From: a virus
Virus record (IMG/VR): IMGVR_UViG_3300034105_003474
Coordinates: 64,001-128,000 of that record
Length of the DNA stretch: 64,000 bases
Strand: one strand, 5' to 3'
Positions within the stretch are counted from its first letter, which is position 1; each line of letters begins with the position of its first letter. The notes beneath the pieces were generated by a model. That model was not told the DNA's origin. It was given only the letters and a program-made list of their open reading frames with translations, and did no database searches. The position numbers and the translations under genes were made by a program. Positions 9,439 to 19,076 of this stretch are shown in pieces.

Positions 9439-9692
9439 TTCACGGGTTGTACGCAACCTACACAAACATCAAATGCAGATGCACGGAGTGCAAACAAGCC
9501 GCCGCCGAATATATGCGTGCCTACAGAAAAACCAGTGCAGGTAAATCTCAGGCTAAATTTCATCAAATTGTTGCCAACAAACGGTCACAAATTGCTATTC
9601 AATGGGTGAAAAATAACCATCCTCAAGAGTGGGCTAAAATATGTGAGCAAGCATTACATGGCTTGGACAAGAAAAAAAATGGAGACAAATAA
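9417..9692 (+). CDS. Small Zn-binding hypothetical protein (HG..Y...CRCTEC)
   Basis: Cys/His motif common in actinophage small proteins. Confidence 0.65.
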   Translation: MGMEPEIVHGLYATYTNIKCRCTECKQAAAEYMRAYRKTSAGKSQAKFHQIVANKRSQIAIQWVKNNHPQEWAKICEQALHGLDKKKNGDK

Positions 9693-9924
9693 TATGGACT
9701 CAGAATATGATGAGATATTAGAGAAGTTGGAAGGTTTTATAAAAGAAACCGAAAAAAGGATCAAACAACTTGTTTCCGAAATCCAATCCCTAAAACTTGA
9801 GGTACAAGGTCTTGACCGTGGCGTTAAACAGAACCAAATCGCAAACGATCAGATCAAAGGGACATTGGGCTCCACATTAAAGACCTTGGGCGACCACTCT
9901 AAAGGGTTCGGCAAAAATGCTTGA
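9679..9924 (+). CDS. Coiled-coil hypothetical protein
   Basis: Heptad pattern; overlaps both neighbours; start uncertain. Confidence 0.55.
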   Translation: METNNMDSEYDEILEKLEGFIKETEKRIKQLVSEIQSLKLEVQGLDRGVKQNQIANDQIKGTLGSTLKTLGDHSKGFGKNA

Positions 9925-10075
9925 AAAGACATATGTAGCGGAACAAGGATTCAACCATTTAGTTAATAGCGAATTAGAAAAATTGCGCTTAGAGGTAGTG
10001 AATCTAAAGAAACAAATTGAGTATCTAAAAAGTGATTTGCGTTATCTAGAACTGCAAAACATTAAATACTTGTAG
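9917..10075 (+). CDS. Small coiled-coil protein, 52 aa (MLEKTYVAEQGFNHLVNSELEKLRLE...)
   Basis: Hand-translated; overlaps the upstream stop and fills the gap to the convergent gene. Confidence 0.55.
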   Translation: MLEKTYVAEQGFNHLVNSELEKLRLEVVNLKKQIEYLKSDLRYLELQNIKYL

Positions 10076-10078
10076 TTC

Positions 10079-10426
10079 TTATTTTGCCTTCACTACACCA
10101 TCAGGGATAACAGCAAATCGGCATTTCCCTTCAGGGGCAACAGGCAAAGCGATAATTTTGCAAGATGATCCACCTTCATAGAGAACACAATTTGAGCATT
10201 TAACCCCGATTGATGCAACCTCATTTTTTGTTGGTTCGTCGTAACCAGCCCACACTCCAGTGTAGTCCTGATTAAACTTTCCGTACTGTTTAGTGATTTG
10301 TATCAAAGCATCAGCAAGCGCTTTTTCTTCAGGGTGAAGATTCGGCTCCATCGGTTTCGGCATGCTGACGATTCTCATCGGAAGTCGCGCCATCAGCATC
10401 TCTATAATTGATTTTTCGTCGCTCAT
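10079..10426 (-). CDS. Protein with HiPIP-like four-Cys motif
   Basis: CSNCVLY...C...VAPEGKC spacing resembles high-potential iron-sulfur proteins. Confidence 0.55.
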   Translation of the reverse strand: MSDEKSIIEMLMARLPMRIVSMPKPMEPNLHPEEKALADALIQITKQYGKFNQDYTGVWAGYDEPTKNEVASIGVKCSNCVLYEGGSSCKIIALPVAPEGKCRFAVIPDGVVKAK

Positions 10427-10427
10427 T

Positions 10428-10835
10428 TTACTTTGTTTCCTTTTTAAACTCCGCCCAAGTTTTATCCCCAACACCGTAATATTCTCTGGCGTTTCCTGAT
10501 TCAATCATATCAATATTCAGGCATGCTGTTTGAGCGTCATCAATTTTGTCTGATGAATAAATTCTTGCCAAAACACGACCATACTTGTCATTCTTGTCAG
10601 GAATGGTGTTAACAAAAACCCATTTGTGGTTAGTCATCCAATCTTCAACAAACTTTTTTGCTTTAATACCCAACTCTTTTTCCTTCAGATCTTTCGTTCT
10701 TGACTCTGGTGTATTGATCCCATATAGGCGAACACGAATTTTATGATGCACGCTGAAACCAAGATCAACCATAAGGTCAACCGTGTCTCCGTCAACTACT
10801 TTTAGAATTGTTGCTCCATACCAAAATCTTTCCAT
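10428..10835 (-). CDS. Thermonuclease (staphylococcal nuclease) family protein
   Basis: VVDGDT, RVRLYGINTPE, DKYGRVLA. Confidence 0.92.
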   Translation of the reverse strand: MERFWYGATILKVVDGDTVDLMVDLGFSVHHKIRVRLYGINTPESRTKDLKEKELGIKAKKFVEDWMTNHKWVFVNTIPDKNDKYGRVLARIYSSDKIDDAQTACLNIDMIESGNAREYYGVGDKTWAEFKKETK

Positions 10836-10837
10836 GA

Positions 10838-11599
10838 TTAATCCTTTTCTTTGGAGTTCTTGTATCGCTCAAGCATTCGTTTTCCTTTAGCCGCTAACTC
10901 CCTGGCATCATCCGCGTTTTGGGGAACTGGTTCACCCCAAGCCGCTGCCGATAAAGCAAGCCGTGTTGGTTCACCTTTTTCATCTTTCATTGGTCCTGAA
11001 GGATTAGTGAAAAACCTTGTTAGGAATGAACCTTTTCTTCGCATCTTTTCTGGTGTGTCTGCTCTTCCCTTAACACCGGGTTTCAGGTTTGATCCTTCTG
11101 TCCTATTGAAGTGCGCTCTTCCAGCGGCAGTTAAACCACCCTTTGGATCACGCAACGGTTTAGCGGACTTCTCTTTAACGATCGGACCACCAGCAACCCA
11201 TGCGCGACAAGTTCTCTTTGATGCACACTTAAAATCAAACGCTTCGCAATAACCAAGTTCGCCAGCGCTATCAATTGCTTCCCATTCGTCCTGACGATCC
11301 CCACCAGTTACACCTTTATTGATGCAATCTTTCATGGAGGGAGTTTGAATGAAAAGCGAACAGTTGCCACACAATTGTTTTTTTGCTGAACTACTACTTA
11401 CATCCCATTCTTTCGCCAACTTATCCCAATATTCGGTATTGGGTTCAGCGGGATTCAGCGGACCATACATTGCTGTCTTGATCGCTTTGCCACGGTTACT
11501 CAGGTTCGTTGCAATATCCTGAGTCGCTTTAGGGCATTTCTTTTCCGCTTTTACCCGAACATGTATTTGTTGTTCAGCAATGATGTCAGTGAATTTCAT
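10838..11599 (-). CDS. Two-domain head-module protein: Cys-rich domain plus DUF6321-like domain
   Basis: CGNC...GYC...C...RTC, then DPKGGLTAAGR...NLKPGV...RRKGSF. Confidence 0.6.
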   Translation of the reverse strand: MKFTDIIAEQQIHVRVKAEKKCPKATQDIATNLSNRGKAIKTAMYGPLNPAEPNTEYWDKLAKEWDVSSSSAKKQLCGNCSLFIQTPSMKDCINKGVTGGDRQDEWEAIDSAGELGYCEAFDFKCASKRTCRAWVAGGPIVKEKSAKPLRDPKGGLTAAGRAHFNRTEGSNLKPGVKGRADTPEKMRRKGSFLTRFFTNPSGPMKDEKGEPTRLALSAAAWGEPVPQNADDARELAAKGKRMLERYKNSKEKD

Positions 11600-11622
11600 A
11601 TGTTCTCATTATCCCACAAAAC

Positions 11623-11666
11623 ACAAAACCCCCGCCCGAACCTTGCGGTCAGAGCGGGGGTTTTGT
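11623..11666 (-). terminator. Terminator downstream of the major capsid gene
   Basis: 13-bp inverted repeat acaaaacccccgc / gcgggggttttgt. Confidence 0.85.
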
Positions 11667-11680
11667 TAATTACTTAGTGA

Positions 11681-12997
11681 TTACGGTGCTGCTGGAGCGT
11701 TATTGAAGGTAACCTTCACGAACGACTCTGGACGCTTAACTGCAAGAGCCAAACGCTGTTCAGCAAGGATCACAATTGCGTTACGCACGAAGAAGTCTGC
11801 ATGCTGTTCGCTGATGCGAATGCTTGCTGACTCACGGTCGTAAATCTGTGCTCCCGTACCGAATGCTCCGATAAGTGCCTGACCTTCAGTCATTGCAGGG
11901 GTGTCCACAACAGGGATCCTCCACAACTTCTGCTCGCCACCCATTGCAACCGAGACTGCTACGACATAAGCGCCGTTGCCATCCTTGGTCAATTCAATGT
12001 CTTCCCAATCGTTCGGGTGCAATACAACGCCCGATGGCTCGTAGTAAGCCAAGAATGAGAGGGTAGCGGCACGACGGAGTGCGTCTGCCTTGGTGTCGCT
12101 CATACCTGCGGTTGCCGAGTAGAAACCCGACGACCAGTTGTAGGTCTGAATGCCAGTGGTGTTCATGATACCTGTAAGGTTCTCGCCCGTTCCTGAACCG
12201 TTAAGGATCTGTGCATCTTCCTGCAAGCGGAGACCGTACATCAACTCGTTGTCAATGATTGAGCGCAGTTGTGGCTCATCAGCAAGAACATTGCGGTGTG
12301 CGGCTTCCCAGTGAGCCAAGGTGCGAACAGGAGCCTGCTCACCAACGAAGGTGAAAGACGACTGTGGCTTGGCTGCAAATGCGGAACCATTACGCTCAGC
12401 AACAGGTGCCGCGTTGTTGGTGAATCCGGTCATGCGGAAGTATTCAATGATTGCAGCAGTCGTGGTGCGACTTGGGAACAAGTCACGAACACGCTTGGTG
12501 CGCATTGGAGGAACAACAAGGGCATCGCGTTGGATGGTGCCAAACTGTCCTGGGGTACCAGTTGGAAGTCCAGAGTACAAGTCTTTCTGACTGTAAACTT
12601 CACTGCTTGACTTGTATGGTGCTGGCATGTTTGCCGAACCACTTGCCAAAAGGGACTTGAACTCTGCTGAAGCAAGGAATGCCTCACCAATGCTCTTGCG
12701 ACCAAATGACTGTACTACTTGCTGTAGTTCCTGCGAAGCGTAAGCCGAAGCCTGTGCTACTGAGTCCTGTGGTTGTGAAGCCCATTGCTCAGCATCGCGC
12801 ATTGCCTCAAGACCCTCAACGAGTCCCTTGATTTCGCGGATGTCTGCCATGTTCTTGTCAAACGCGGTCTTTTGTTCTGCGGATACTACTACGGTGCCGT
12901 CTTCAATTTTGAAGTTGTCGGCGATGGTCTTGTTTTCTGCCATCTTGGTGCGCATTGCACCTTGAAGTTCAGTTAAACGGCTGTTGTCAAATGACAT
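11681..12997 (-). CDS. Major capsid protein, HK97 fold with N-terminal delta (scaffold) domain
   Basis: Coiled-coil N-terminus, EDAQILNGSGTGENLTGI, LWRIPVV, FVRNAIVILAEQR. AGGAG RBS 8 nt before ATG 12997. Confidence 0.95.
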   Translation of the reverse strand: MSFDNSRLTELQGAMRTKMAENKTIADNFKIEDGTVVVSAEQKTAFDKNMADIREIKGLVEGLEAMRDAEQWASQPQDSVAQASAYASQELQQVVQSFGRKSIGEAFLASAEFKSLLASGSANMPAPYKSSSEVYSQKDLYSGLPTGTPGQFGTIQRDALVVPPMRTKRVRDLFPSRTTTAAIIEYFRMTGFTNNAAPVAERNGSAFAAKPQSSFTFVGEQAPVRTLAHWEAAHRNVLADEPQLRSIIDNELMYGLRLQEDAQILNGSGTGENLTGIMNTTGIQTYNWSSGFYSATAGMSDTKADALRRAATLSFLAYYEPSGVVLHPNDWEDIELTKDGNGAYVVAVSVAMGGEQKLWRIPVVDTPAMTEGQALIGAFGTGAQIYDRESASIRISEQHADFFVRNAIVILAEQRLALAVKRPESFVKVTFNNAPAAP

Positions 12998-13096
12998 GTT
13001 GTTCACTCCTAGTGAATTGGATTTGGTTGGTGATTACTTATGTTTTTATTGCAGACTTCGGTAAGCACCTAGTCCAGTTACTATTACTGTAATACG

Positions 13097-13130
13097 AGAA
13101 TAACATCAAAGTAGTATTAAAAATGCAACC
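13097..13130 (-). promoter_or_regulatory. Candidate capsid-gene promoter: GGTTGCATTTT box plus extended -10 TGtTATTCT
   Basis: Repeated motif with the same spacing as at 2253 and 46131. Confidence 0.55.
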
Positions 13131-14405
13131 CTATAAAATCAGACTATTTGAGTAATGTCGTTTGACCACTTTTGGGCAACATCCTTTGGAATATTTGACT
13201 CCGTATTCGCCTTCTTGGAATCCAACCCACTTTTTGCTCGTTTTACGGTTCCTCCATGGGTGATCCAACGGAAGTAGATCGTTGTCATCAAAGTATTTTA
13301 CATCGGCTGGTTTGTCGGAGTTCAGCAACGCCAAAAACTTGTAGACACGCTTCTTTGCAACATCTTTTGAACCATCTTCCAAGCCTCGTAAGAACACTAT
13401 TTTTAGGTCACGAAGGTTAGTTTTTGCTGTAGGTTTTGCTTTGGCGTTGTTGTTTCTTACTCGTACAGCCAAATCGTTGATATCGCTACTAGTCACGGTT
13501 GGTGGCTTCTTCTTAGGTTTTGGAACACCCTTAAAAGAGAGCACCCCCTCCCCGAATAAAGACTTACCCGGATTTGGGTACTGTGCAGCCTGTTGATTAT
13601 GCAGATTCCGTGCATATGTATCGGCATCTTGTATGTTTGAAAACTTACCTAAATGCTGACCGCTTCTTTGGTAGTGCTTAATGGCTTCTCGGTCGCTTAC
13701 TATTACGCCACTCCCATTAGGTCTTTTGATTACCGTAGGGATGACAACAGCCGTATTCCCTTCGGTGATTGTCATGGAACGAACCGTGCTGATAGACCCG
13801 TCGCGATTTTTCACAACAGGGCGATTATTTAAATCTATATTGCCTTTGGTTATTTCACCCTTTGGTCGTTTCTCCTGTTTAGGTGAAACCCGTGTATCAT
13901 CTGCACCACCCGGTGTGGACGCAACATAGCCGTCACCGTCGCCATCAATTGGTTTATTCCCACTACTGTCAACAGAACCACCAATGGGTGTACCTAAAAC
14001 TTTTTTCCCAAATTTGGAACCTTGTCGTCTTGGGTTGTTCCTAGGGCTGTTATCCCCTCGGATACCTGTTACACGGTTGTAGTCAGACACATTCGTGCAA
14101 GGAAGCCAAACCAGTTTTCCATCCCGTGCCGTATAGCGACGAATACCTATACATCCAAGATTGCGTGCACGGATACGGGCAGACTCAGGGTCACTGAAAG
14201 TATCAGGGTCTGTGGAACGGCTAACAAAGTTAACGAAACCCTTCTGCTCTACAGGTTTTTCTAAAGTCTGCTTTTTGTTCATGCCTTTGATGTACTCGGC
14301 AGGATTTTGATTTTTCACTATTGTAAAGTAATAAAAATCAGCCTTCTCGGCAGGGGAGAAGGTCTGTATCAGAGAGGCTAATTCTCTTGATTCTTTTGGT
14401 GTCAT
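13131..14405 (-). CDS. Multi-domain head-module protein (LGCxG..WLPC module, DGDGDG motif, GNIDLNNRP domain, DNDLLP..HP domain)
   Basis: Shares modules with the adjacent 431-aa protein. Confidence 0.65.
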   Translation of the reverse strand: MTPKESRELASLIQTFSPAEKADFYYFTIVKNQNPAEYIKGMNKKQTLEKPVEQKGFVNFVSRSTDPDTFSDPESARIRARNLGCIGIRRYTARDGKLVWLPCTNVSDYNRVTGIRGDNSPRNNPRRQGSKFGKKVLGTPIGGSVDSSGNKPIDGDGDGYVASTPGGADDTRVSPKQEKRPKGEITKGNIDLNNRPVVKNRDGSISTVRSMTITEGNTAVVIPTVIKRPNGSGVIVSDREAIKHYQRSGQHLGKFSNIQDADTYARNLHNQQAAQYPNPGKSLFGEGVLSFKGVPKPKKKPPTVTSSDINDLAVRVRNNNAKAKPTAKTNLRDLKIVFLRGLEDGSKDVAKKRVYKFLALLNSDKPADVKYFDDNDLLPLDHPWRNRKTSKKWVGFQEGEYGVKYSKGCCPKVVKRHYSNSLIL

Positions 14406-15697
14406 TCTGCACTCTCCTCAACAGCAAGCATTGACCTATCAAGAATAAGAATCACATTTGGCGAAACAGGGGAGCCAGAAACATCAGCAACAAATCCGTT
14501 GGAAACTCTCAAATTCAACCTAGAACCTCTTACCCCTTTAGAGACCAAAACTCTCCCGATATCGTCATCCCCATAAAAGGATGTTATTCCCTTTTTCACT
14601 CTCTCGCGATGTCCTGTTACTTCATCTGCGAAGTCTTCGCGTTCCATCAAAAAATCTGGAGGGATAGCAACTTTTATAACTTCACCTTTTCTTAGATTCC
14701 CCTGATCGTCAAACCCACCTTCGGCATAAACCTCGGCACTTTCTCTGTCTAGTGAGAAATGTATACCGTTACCGTGAGCACCCAATCCTGCAAAATAATC
14801 ACCTTTTCTGAAACCATCTGCCAGATCTTTGGCTTCAACAATAACTTCGTCATTTTCTGTATCAACGATGCTTGCAATCCCGCGATACGCAATAGTCCAT
14901 CCCTTTTTTTCTAGACTTGCCATTTCCAAAGATGAAACAACTTTTGGTAGACCTGTAAATCCCTGCATCTCAGCAATCATTTCCAATTGAATATCAGGCT
15001 TAACATCATTTTTTATTTTACTGAGTCTTTTGTTGTACTCTTTTCCGCCGTCTGATTTTTTGAATTCCTGAGCGTCTTTGCCAAAAAGTTTTCCCAATTG
15101 TTTTGTTATGTCTTTAGCCATTTTATTTTTACTATTCGCGATCGTGCTAGGAGCAACAGGAATATTGTCTTCTCCGTCGGGACCAGTAGTGAACCCGTCG
15201 CTATCGCCGTCAAACTCTGCTACACCACCAATAGGGCGACCTAAAGACTTGCCGGAAAACGAGCCAGTTACAAGCCCACCACCCGGCAAGGTTGCGATAC
15301 CAGAAATAGGTTTCTCGTCAAGGTTCTCCCAACCCCGTTTGGGTGCTTTGTGGTTGCAAACCGCATAATACTTTTTCCCTGCAAGAAGGATCGTTCGGAC
15401 ACCACCACAACCACGAGCCTTAGAAATAGCGACAGCATCAGCACGATTCTCGTAATATGCATCAGACTTTGTTTCTAAACGCTTTGTCCTTTGAACCATT
15501 TTGGGCAACGGCTTCTTCTTTTTGGAAGCACGAACTTTCAGGTATTCGTCTTTACCTTTTTTGATTGCTTCATATTCTTCACGCGAGGCGCAAGGCATCC
15601 AGCCTTTACCGTCTTCGTATACGCCTTGGCATCCAAGCATGCGTGCAACACGAAGAGCCTGATCGCGCGTTGTTTTATTCTTCTCGTCTTCAGACAT
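14402..15697 (-). CDS. Head-module protein with two DUF3721-like repeats and a C-terminal ADP-ribosyltransferase-like domain
   Basis: A..LGC.G...WMPC and A..RGCGG...YAVC repeats; C-terminal IAYRG...GNGIHFS...AEVYA pattern. Confidence 0.55.
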   Translation of the reverse strand: MSEDEKNKTTRDQALRVARMLGCQGVYEDGKGWMPCASREEYEAIKKGKDEYLKVRASKKKKPLPKMVQRTKRLETKSDAYYENRADAVAISKARGCGGVRTILLAGKKYYAVCNHKAPKRGWENLDEKPISGIATLPGGGLVTGSFSGKSLGRPIGGVAEFDGDSDGFTTGPDGEDNIPVAPSTIANSKNKMAKDITKQLGKLFGKDAQEFKKSDGGKEYNKRLSKIKNDVKPDIQLEMIAEMQGFTGLPKVVSSLEMASLEKKGWTIAYRGIASIVDTENDEVIVEAKDLADGFRKGDYFAGLGAHGNGIHFSLDRESAEVYAEGGFDDQGNLRKGEVIKVAIPPDFLMEREDFADEVTGHRERVKKGITSFYGDDDIGRVLVSKGVRGSRLNLRVSNGFVADVSGSPVSPNVILILDRSMLAVEESAE

Positions 15698-15960
15698 TAT
15701 TCTTTTTCTTTTTTAGATATTTTTTCAACCTCTGAAGCATATTCCATAGACATCGCGTACTGATCAAATAGTTCATCTATTTTGTCCGCATTCTCTTTAT
15801 TCATCAGATATGAGACCATTGACTCAAGGTCGCCATCTTTTCCGTTTTCGTTTGCATACCCGTAGGCAATGGCAATAATTTTAGAACGTGTTTCAGGGTT
15901 CTTTACTGTCGTTAGCAGTTGATTTTTGATTGAGTTTTTTTGTTCTGTTGTGAGTTTCAT
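15697..15960 (-). CDS. Small protein, candidate immunity partner of the upstream GNAT-like effector
   Basis: 87 aa, stop/start overlaps with both neighbours. Confidence 0.55.
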   Translation of the reverse strand: MKLTTEQKNSIKNQLLTTVKNPETRSKIIAIAYGYANENGKDGDLESMVSYLMNKENADKIDELFDQYAMSMEYASEVEKISKKEKE

Positions 15961-18755
15961 TACGCCAACCTTGGTGGTTCTACTCGTATTCTAGGGCGAG
16001 CAATTTTTGCTTTCTTGGGAAGTTTCTGACCAATTTTTTGTTCAGCAAAAGATAGCGTTCCACCACCAAATCCAAGATTTGCTTTAAACCATTGTTTCAC
16101 ATATTCCATCTTTTCCCTGTCACCAGTAGGATCATCCAAAGCAAAGATTATGTCTTGATGCTGATACTGCTTACCACCTCTTGCTTGTGCAAGGATTGAT
16201 TTGATTCGCGCATATTCTGCGTCATTATTTATCAATCCGCCAGCACCAAAATCCTCATAAAATTTGAGAGGCGACTGAAGCACTTGTAGGTCTCTATCGG
16301 TCAAACCATAGTTTCTTTTGAATCCAACACGAGCCCAAACATACTGACCATCATCGGCTGCGTTCACATTTGCTTTAGTGACACCTATTTGCTTCAGATA
16401 GAGAAACGCATGTTGGTTATAAATTGTTTGAATATCAGCACCCCTATCAATTTTGCTTGTTACAAACATTGAATTTTGGCTTACGATACCCTGCGACACG
16501 CTTACGCTCCGAGACGAAGTAGCGATTTTTGCTCTTATAACTTCACCATTTGCGTTAATCTCGTCAAACTGAACCTGAACTTGAAACCCATTTTGGGGAG
16601 ACACTGTTGCCGTAGCACGGTAAAGTTTCCCGTTCTTACCTTCAATTCTTTGGTGAGAATAAGCCTGTTTCAAGTACTCTGCCTTTTGCGGAGCAGTGAG
16701 TCTTCCCCATTTTACGGGTGTCATGTCTTCATATGGTGCACCACCGTTTGGGTGCCGTTGCTTAAGATACTTAGCAAGTTTTCCTTGACGACGTTCAATC
16801 GCCTCGTTCACCTGATCATTGATCTTCTTCGCTACATCTTCTGGAAGCGGTCTAGGAATATTTGTTGCATCTGTGTTGAAAACAAAACCTTGTTTCCTTC
16901 TTTCTGATGCTTTCCGTATTTCTGGTCCTAATGCTTCTATCAACTGAATATGACCTTCATATTTTCCAATATCGGATTGCAGTTGAGCAATTTTTTTCAT
17001 TGTTTCAACACGGTTGAATTCTTTTACTTCTGGAGTATTGCCAAGAGGTGAACGCATAAGTCTGAATTCTGCGCTGAGTTGTGTTTCTAATTCCGCAAGT
17101 TTGGTTCGCGCACCTGCAACTCCACCTTGCGGTCTTACATATCCAATATATTTTCTTTTCGCTTCGGTAACTAAAGCCGATACATCAGCATTGGGATTTG
17201 CCCTCAGTAAATCTGCAACTCTTGAAAGTTCTTTTTGGAAGTTTCGTACCGCAAGTTGGCGACCTTCATTTTGGTTAAACAGTGCTTGATCGGCTGCTAA
17301 GCCAAGTTGTCCCAAAAGTTTTGGATCTCGCATTTGAAGTAATACTTCTTCAATAAGATCTTCATCTTCTTTTTTGAATTTCGCCGCTTCCATCTTGGGG
17401 GCAACATGCTTTAGTTCATCTGGCACATCCCTAACATCGCGTCTTGTCGGAGCATTGAAAGGTTCGTCAATTGGGTTTGGCACGCTTGACGGTTTCGGGG
17501 CAGGTGTTTCTCTTCTGTCGGAAGGCAGTTTATTGTGTTTCTCTACTTCTTTCCAAGCATTGATAACGTCATTGAGTTCTTCTTTTAATTCACGCACATT
17601 CATTTGTTCGTTTGCACCAGAAACAACATCAAGGGGACTCAAATCACCCCTATTCTGTGCTTGCTGTATGCGATCAAGTTGTGCTTGATGTATCAAAATA
17701 TTTCTTTTTGCAAGGTTTAGAGCGTTTGACCTTGGGTTCTGATCTGTTTGATTTATATCAGGGAAGTTAATTGGATCGTTTATTATTCTTAAACGTGCGT
17801 TCAATACATCTCTGTTGATTCGTTCAACAAAAGTTTCATCATTTAGCACATTATTCAAGTTCATGTGCCTTATTTTTTTGGGGCGAGCAGCCTCTGCCCT
17901 AACCTCTTCGGAACGAGCGGCATTGTCGCTTTCTCCGCGTGGAGCAGGTCGCGGAACTCGTCTTTGTTCTGATTCGGCATCAAGCATCGCACCAATGTCG
18001 CCTTCGGGTTTCTTTCTAGGGCGACGAGGTTTAACCACCTTTGGTTCTACAACTGGTTTTTCAACAATGTTTTGTGCTTGTTGTCTTGGTGCTTTAGGCT
18101 TGTTTGTTGCTTCAACAACTGCACGACGACGGCGACGAGCAGGTGCTTCACCAGTACGAGGTGCACCGGGTTGTTCAATCTCACGATCCATGCGTCGTTG
18201 TTCTGATTCTCTAACATTTGGCGCACGCCTTCTCTGTGGTGCACGAGGAGCAGGTGGAGTAGGGGTTAACTCTCTTGGAGTGGCAGGTGCATCAACGGAT
18301 GGTTGTCGGGTAACAACAGTTCGCCTACGGGCACCACGAGGACTTGGGGTATCGGAAACTTCTAATCTGTCTGCAACACCACGCAAACCTCGCTCTAGGC
18401 GACCTGCGCCACCGCTTTGAGGATTAAGTCTTGCAAGTATTCGTCGTTCACGACGAGCAATACGACGACCACGGCGAGCATCATCAACATTCTCTAAGCG
18501 TTGACCAATATCTGATATTTGATTAGCGATGCGTCGTGCGACACCCCAACCGCAAGACCGACCAAAGCGATCGGTTATCTGTCCGCCATACCGTGTCCCC
18601 GTTGGACAGCGCCAGCCTCCACGACGGTTGGTGCCGGGTATAGAAAGACTTGGATCCCACATGGCGCGAACAGCCTTGACTTCATAAGCAATAGTTGACG
18701 TGTTCCGTTCGCTAAGAAAAGATTTTGCCTTAAAGTCGGCGATATTCTGAAGCAT
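15960..18755 (-). CDS. Polymorphic head-module protein: conserved RCPxG module plus C-terminal GNAT-like acetyltransferase domain
   Basis: WDPSLSIPGTNRRGGWRCPTGTRYGGQITDRFGRSCGWG; C-terminal DRGADIQ...LKQIGV...VNAADDGQYVWARVGF. Confidence 0.65.
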   Translation of the reverse strand: MLQNIADFKAKSFLSERNTSTIAYEVKAVRAMWDPSLSIPGTNRRGGWRCPTGTRYGGQITDRFGRSCGWGVARRIANQISDIGQRLENVDDARRGRRIARRERRILARLNPQSGGAGRLERGLRGVADRLEVSDTPSPRGARRRTVVTRQPSVDAPATPRELTPTPPAPRAPQRRRAPNVRESEQRRMDREIEQPGAPRTGEAPARRRRRAVVEATNKPKAPRQQAQNIVEKPVVEPKVVKPRRPRKKPEGDIGAMLDAESEQRRVPRPAPRGESDNAARSEEVRAEAARPKKIRHMNLNNVLNDETFVERINRDVLNARLRIINDPINFPDINQTDQNPRSNALNLAKRNILIHQAQLDRIQQAQNRGDLSPLDVVSGANEQMNVRELKEELNDVINAWKEVEKHNKLPSDRRETPAPKPSSVPNPIDEPFNAPTRRDVRDVPDELKHVAPKMEAAKFKKEDEDLIEEVLLQMRDPKLLGQLGLAADQALFNQNEGRQLAVRNFQKELSRVADLLRANPNADVSALVTEAKRKYIGYVRPQGGVAGARTKLAELETQLSAEFRLMRSPLGNTPEVKEFNRVETMKKIAQLQSDIGKYEGHIQLIEALGPEIRKASERRKQGFVFNTDATNIPRPLPEDVAKKINDQVNEAIERRQGKLAKYLKQRHPNGGAPYEDMTPVKWGRLTAPQKAEYLKQAYSHQRIEGKNGKLYRATATVSPQNGFQVQVQFDEINANGEVIRAKIATSSRSVSVSQGIVSQNSMFVTSKIDRGADIQTIYNQHAFLYLKQIGVTKANVNAADDGQYVWARVGFKRNYGLTDRDLQVLQSPLKFYEDFGAGGLINNDAEYARIKSILAQARGGKQYQHQDIIFALDDPTGDREKMEYVKQWFKANLGFGGGTLSFAEQKIGQKLPKKAKIARPRIRVEPPRLA

Positions 18756-18758
18756 GGT

Positions 18759-19076
18759 TTAAGCCTTAAAACTTTTTTTATTTGGAAGAGATTTAATTTG
18801 ATTTTTATACATTTCTTCAGTTACTTGCCCATCAGAACTGTATTGTGCGGACATTGAATTAAGACGGTAAAGAATATATTCCATTCCGCTTCCCTCTAAA
18901 GGGATCTCGTTTCGTGCCGACGATTCTGAAAGAATTTCAATAAGTTGATCAACAAGTTCTTTATCGGAAGCGTGTATTTCTACAAGTCCATCAATATTTT
19001 TTCCAGCGCAAGACCCATTTACCTTGTTTGTAAATGGATCCATGAATTGACCTATAAAAAACTCTTTCATGATCAC
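18759..19076 (-). CDS. Small AT-rich gene, candidate immunity protein
   Basis: 105 aa, overlaps the stop codon of the upstream kinase gene. Confidence 0.55.
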   Translation of the reverse strand: MIMKEFFIGQFMDPFTNKVNGSCAGKNIDGLVEIHASDKELVDQLIEILSESSARNEIPLEGSGMEYILYRLNSMSAQYSSDGQVTEEMYKNQIKSLPNKKSFKA

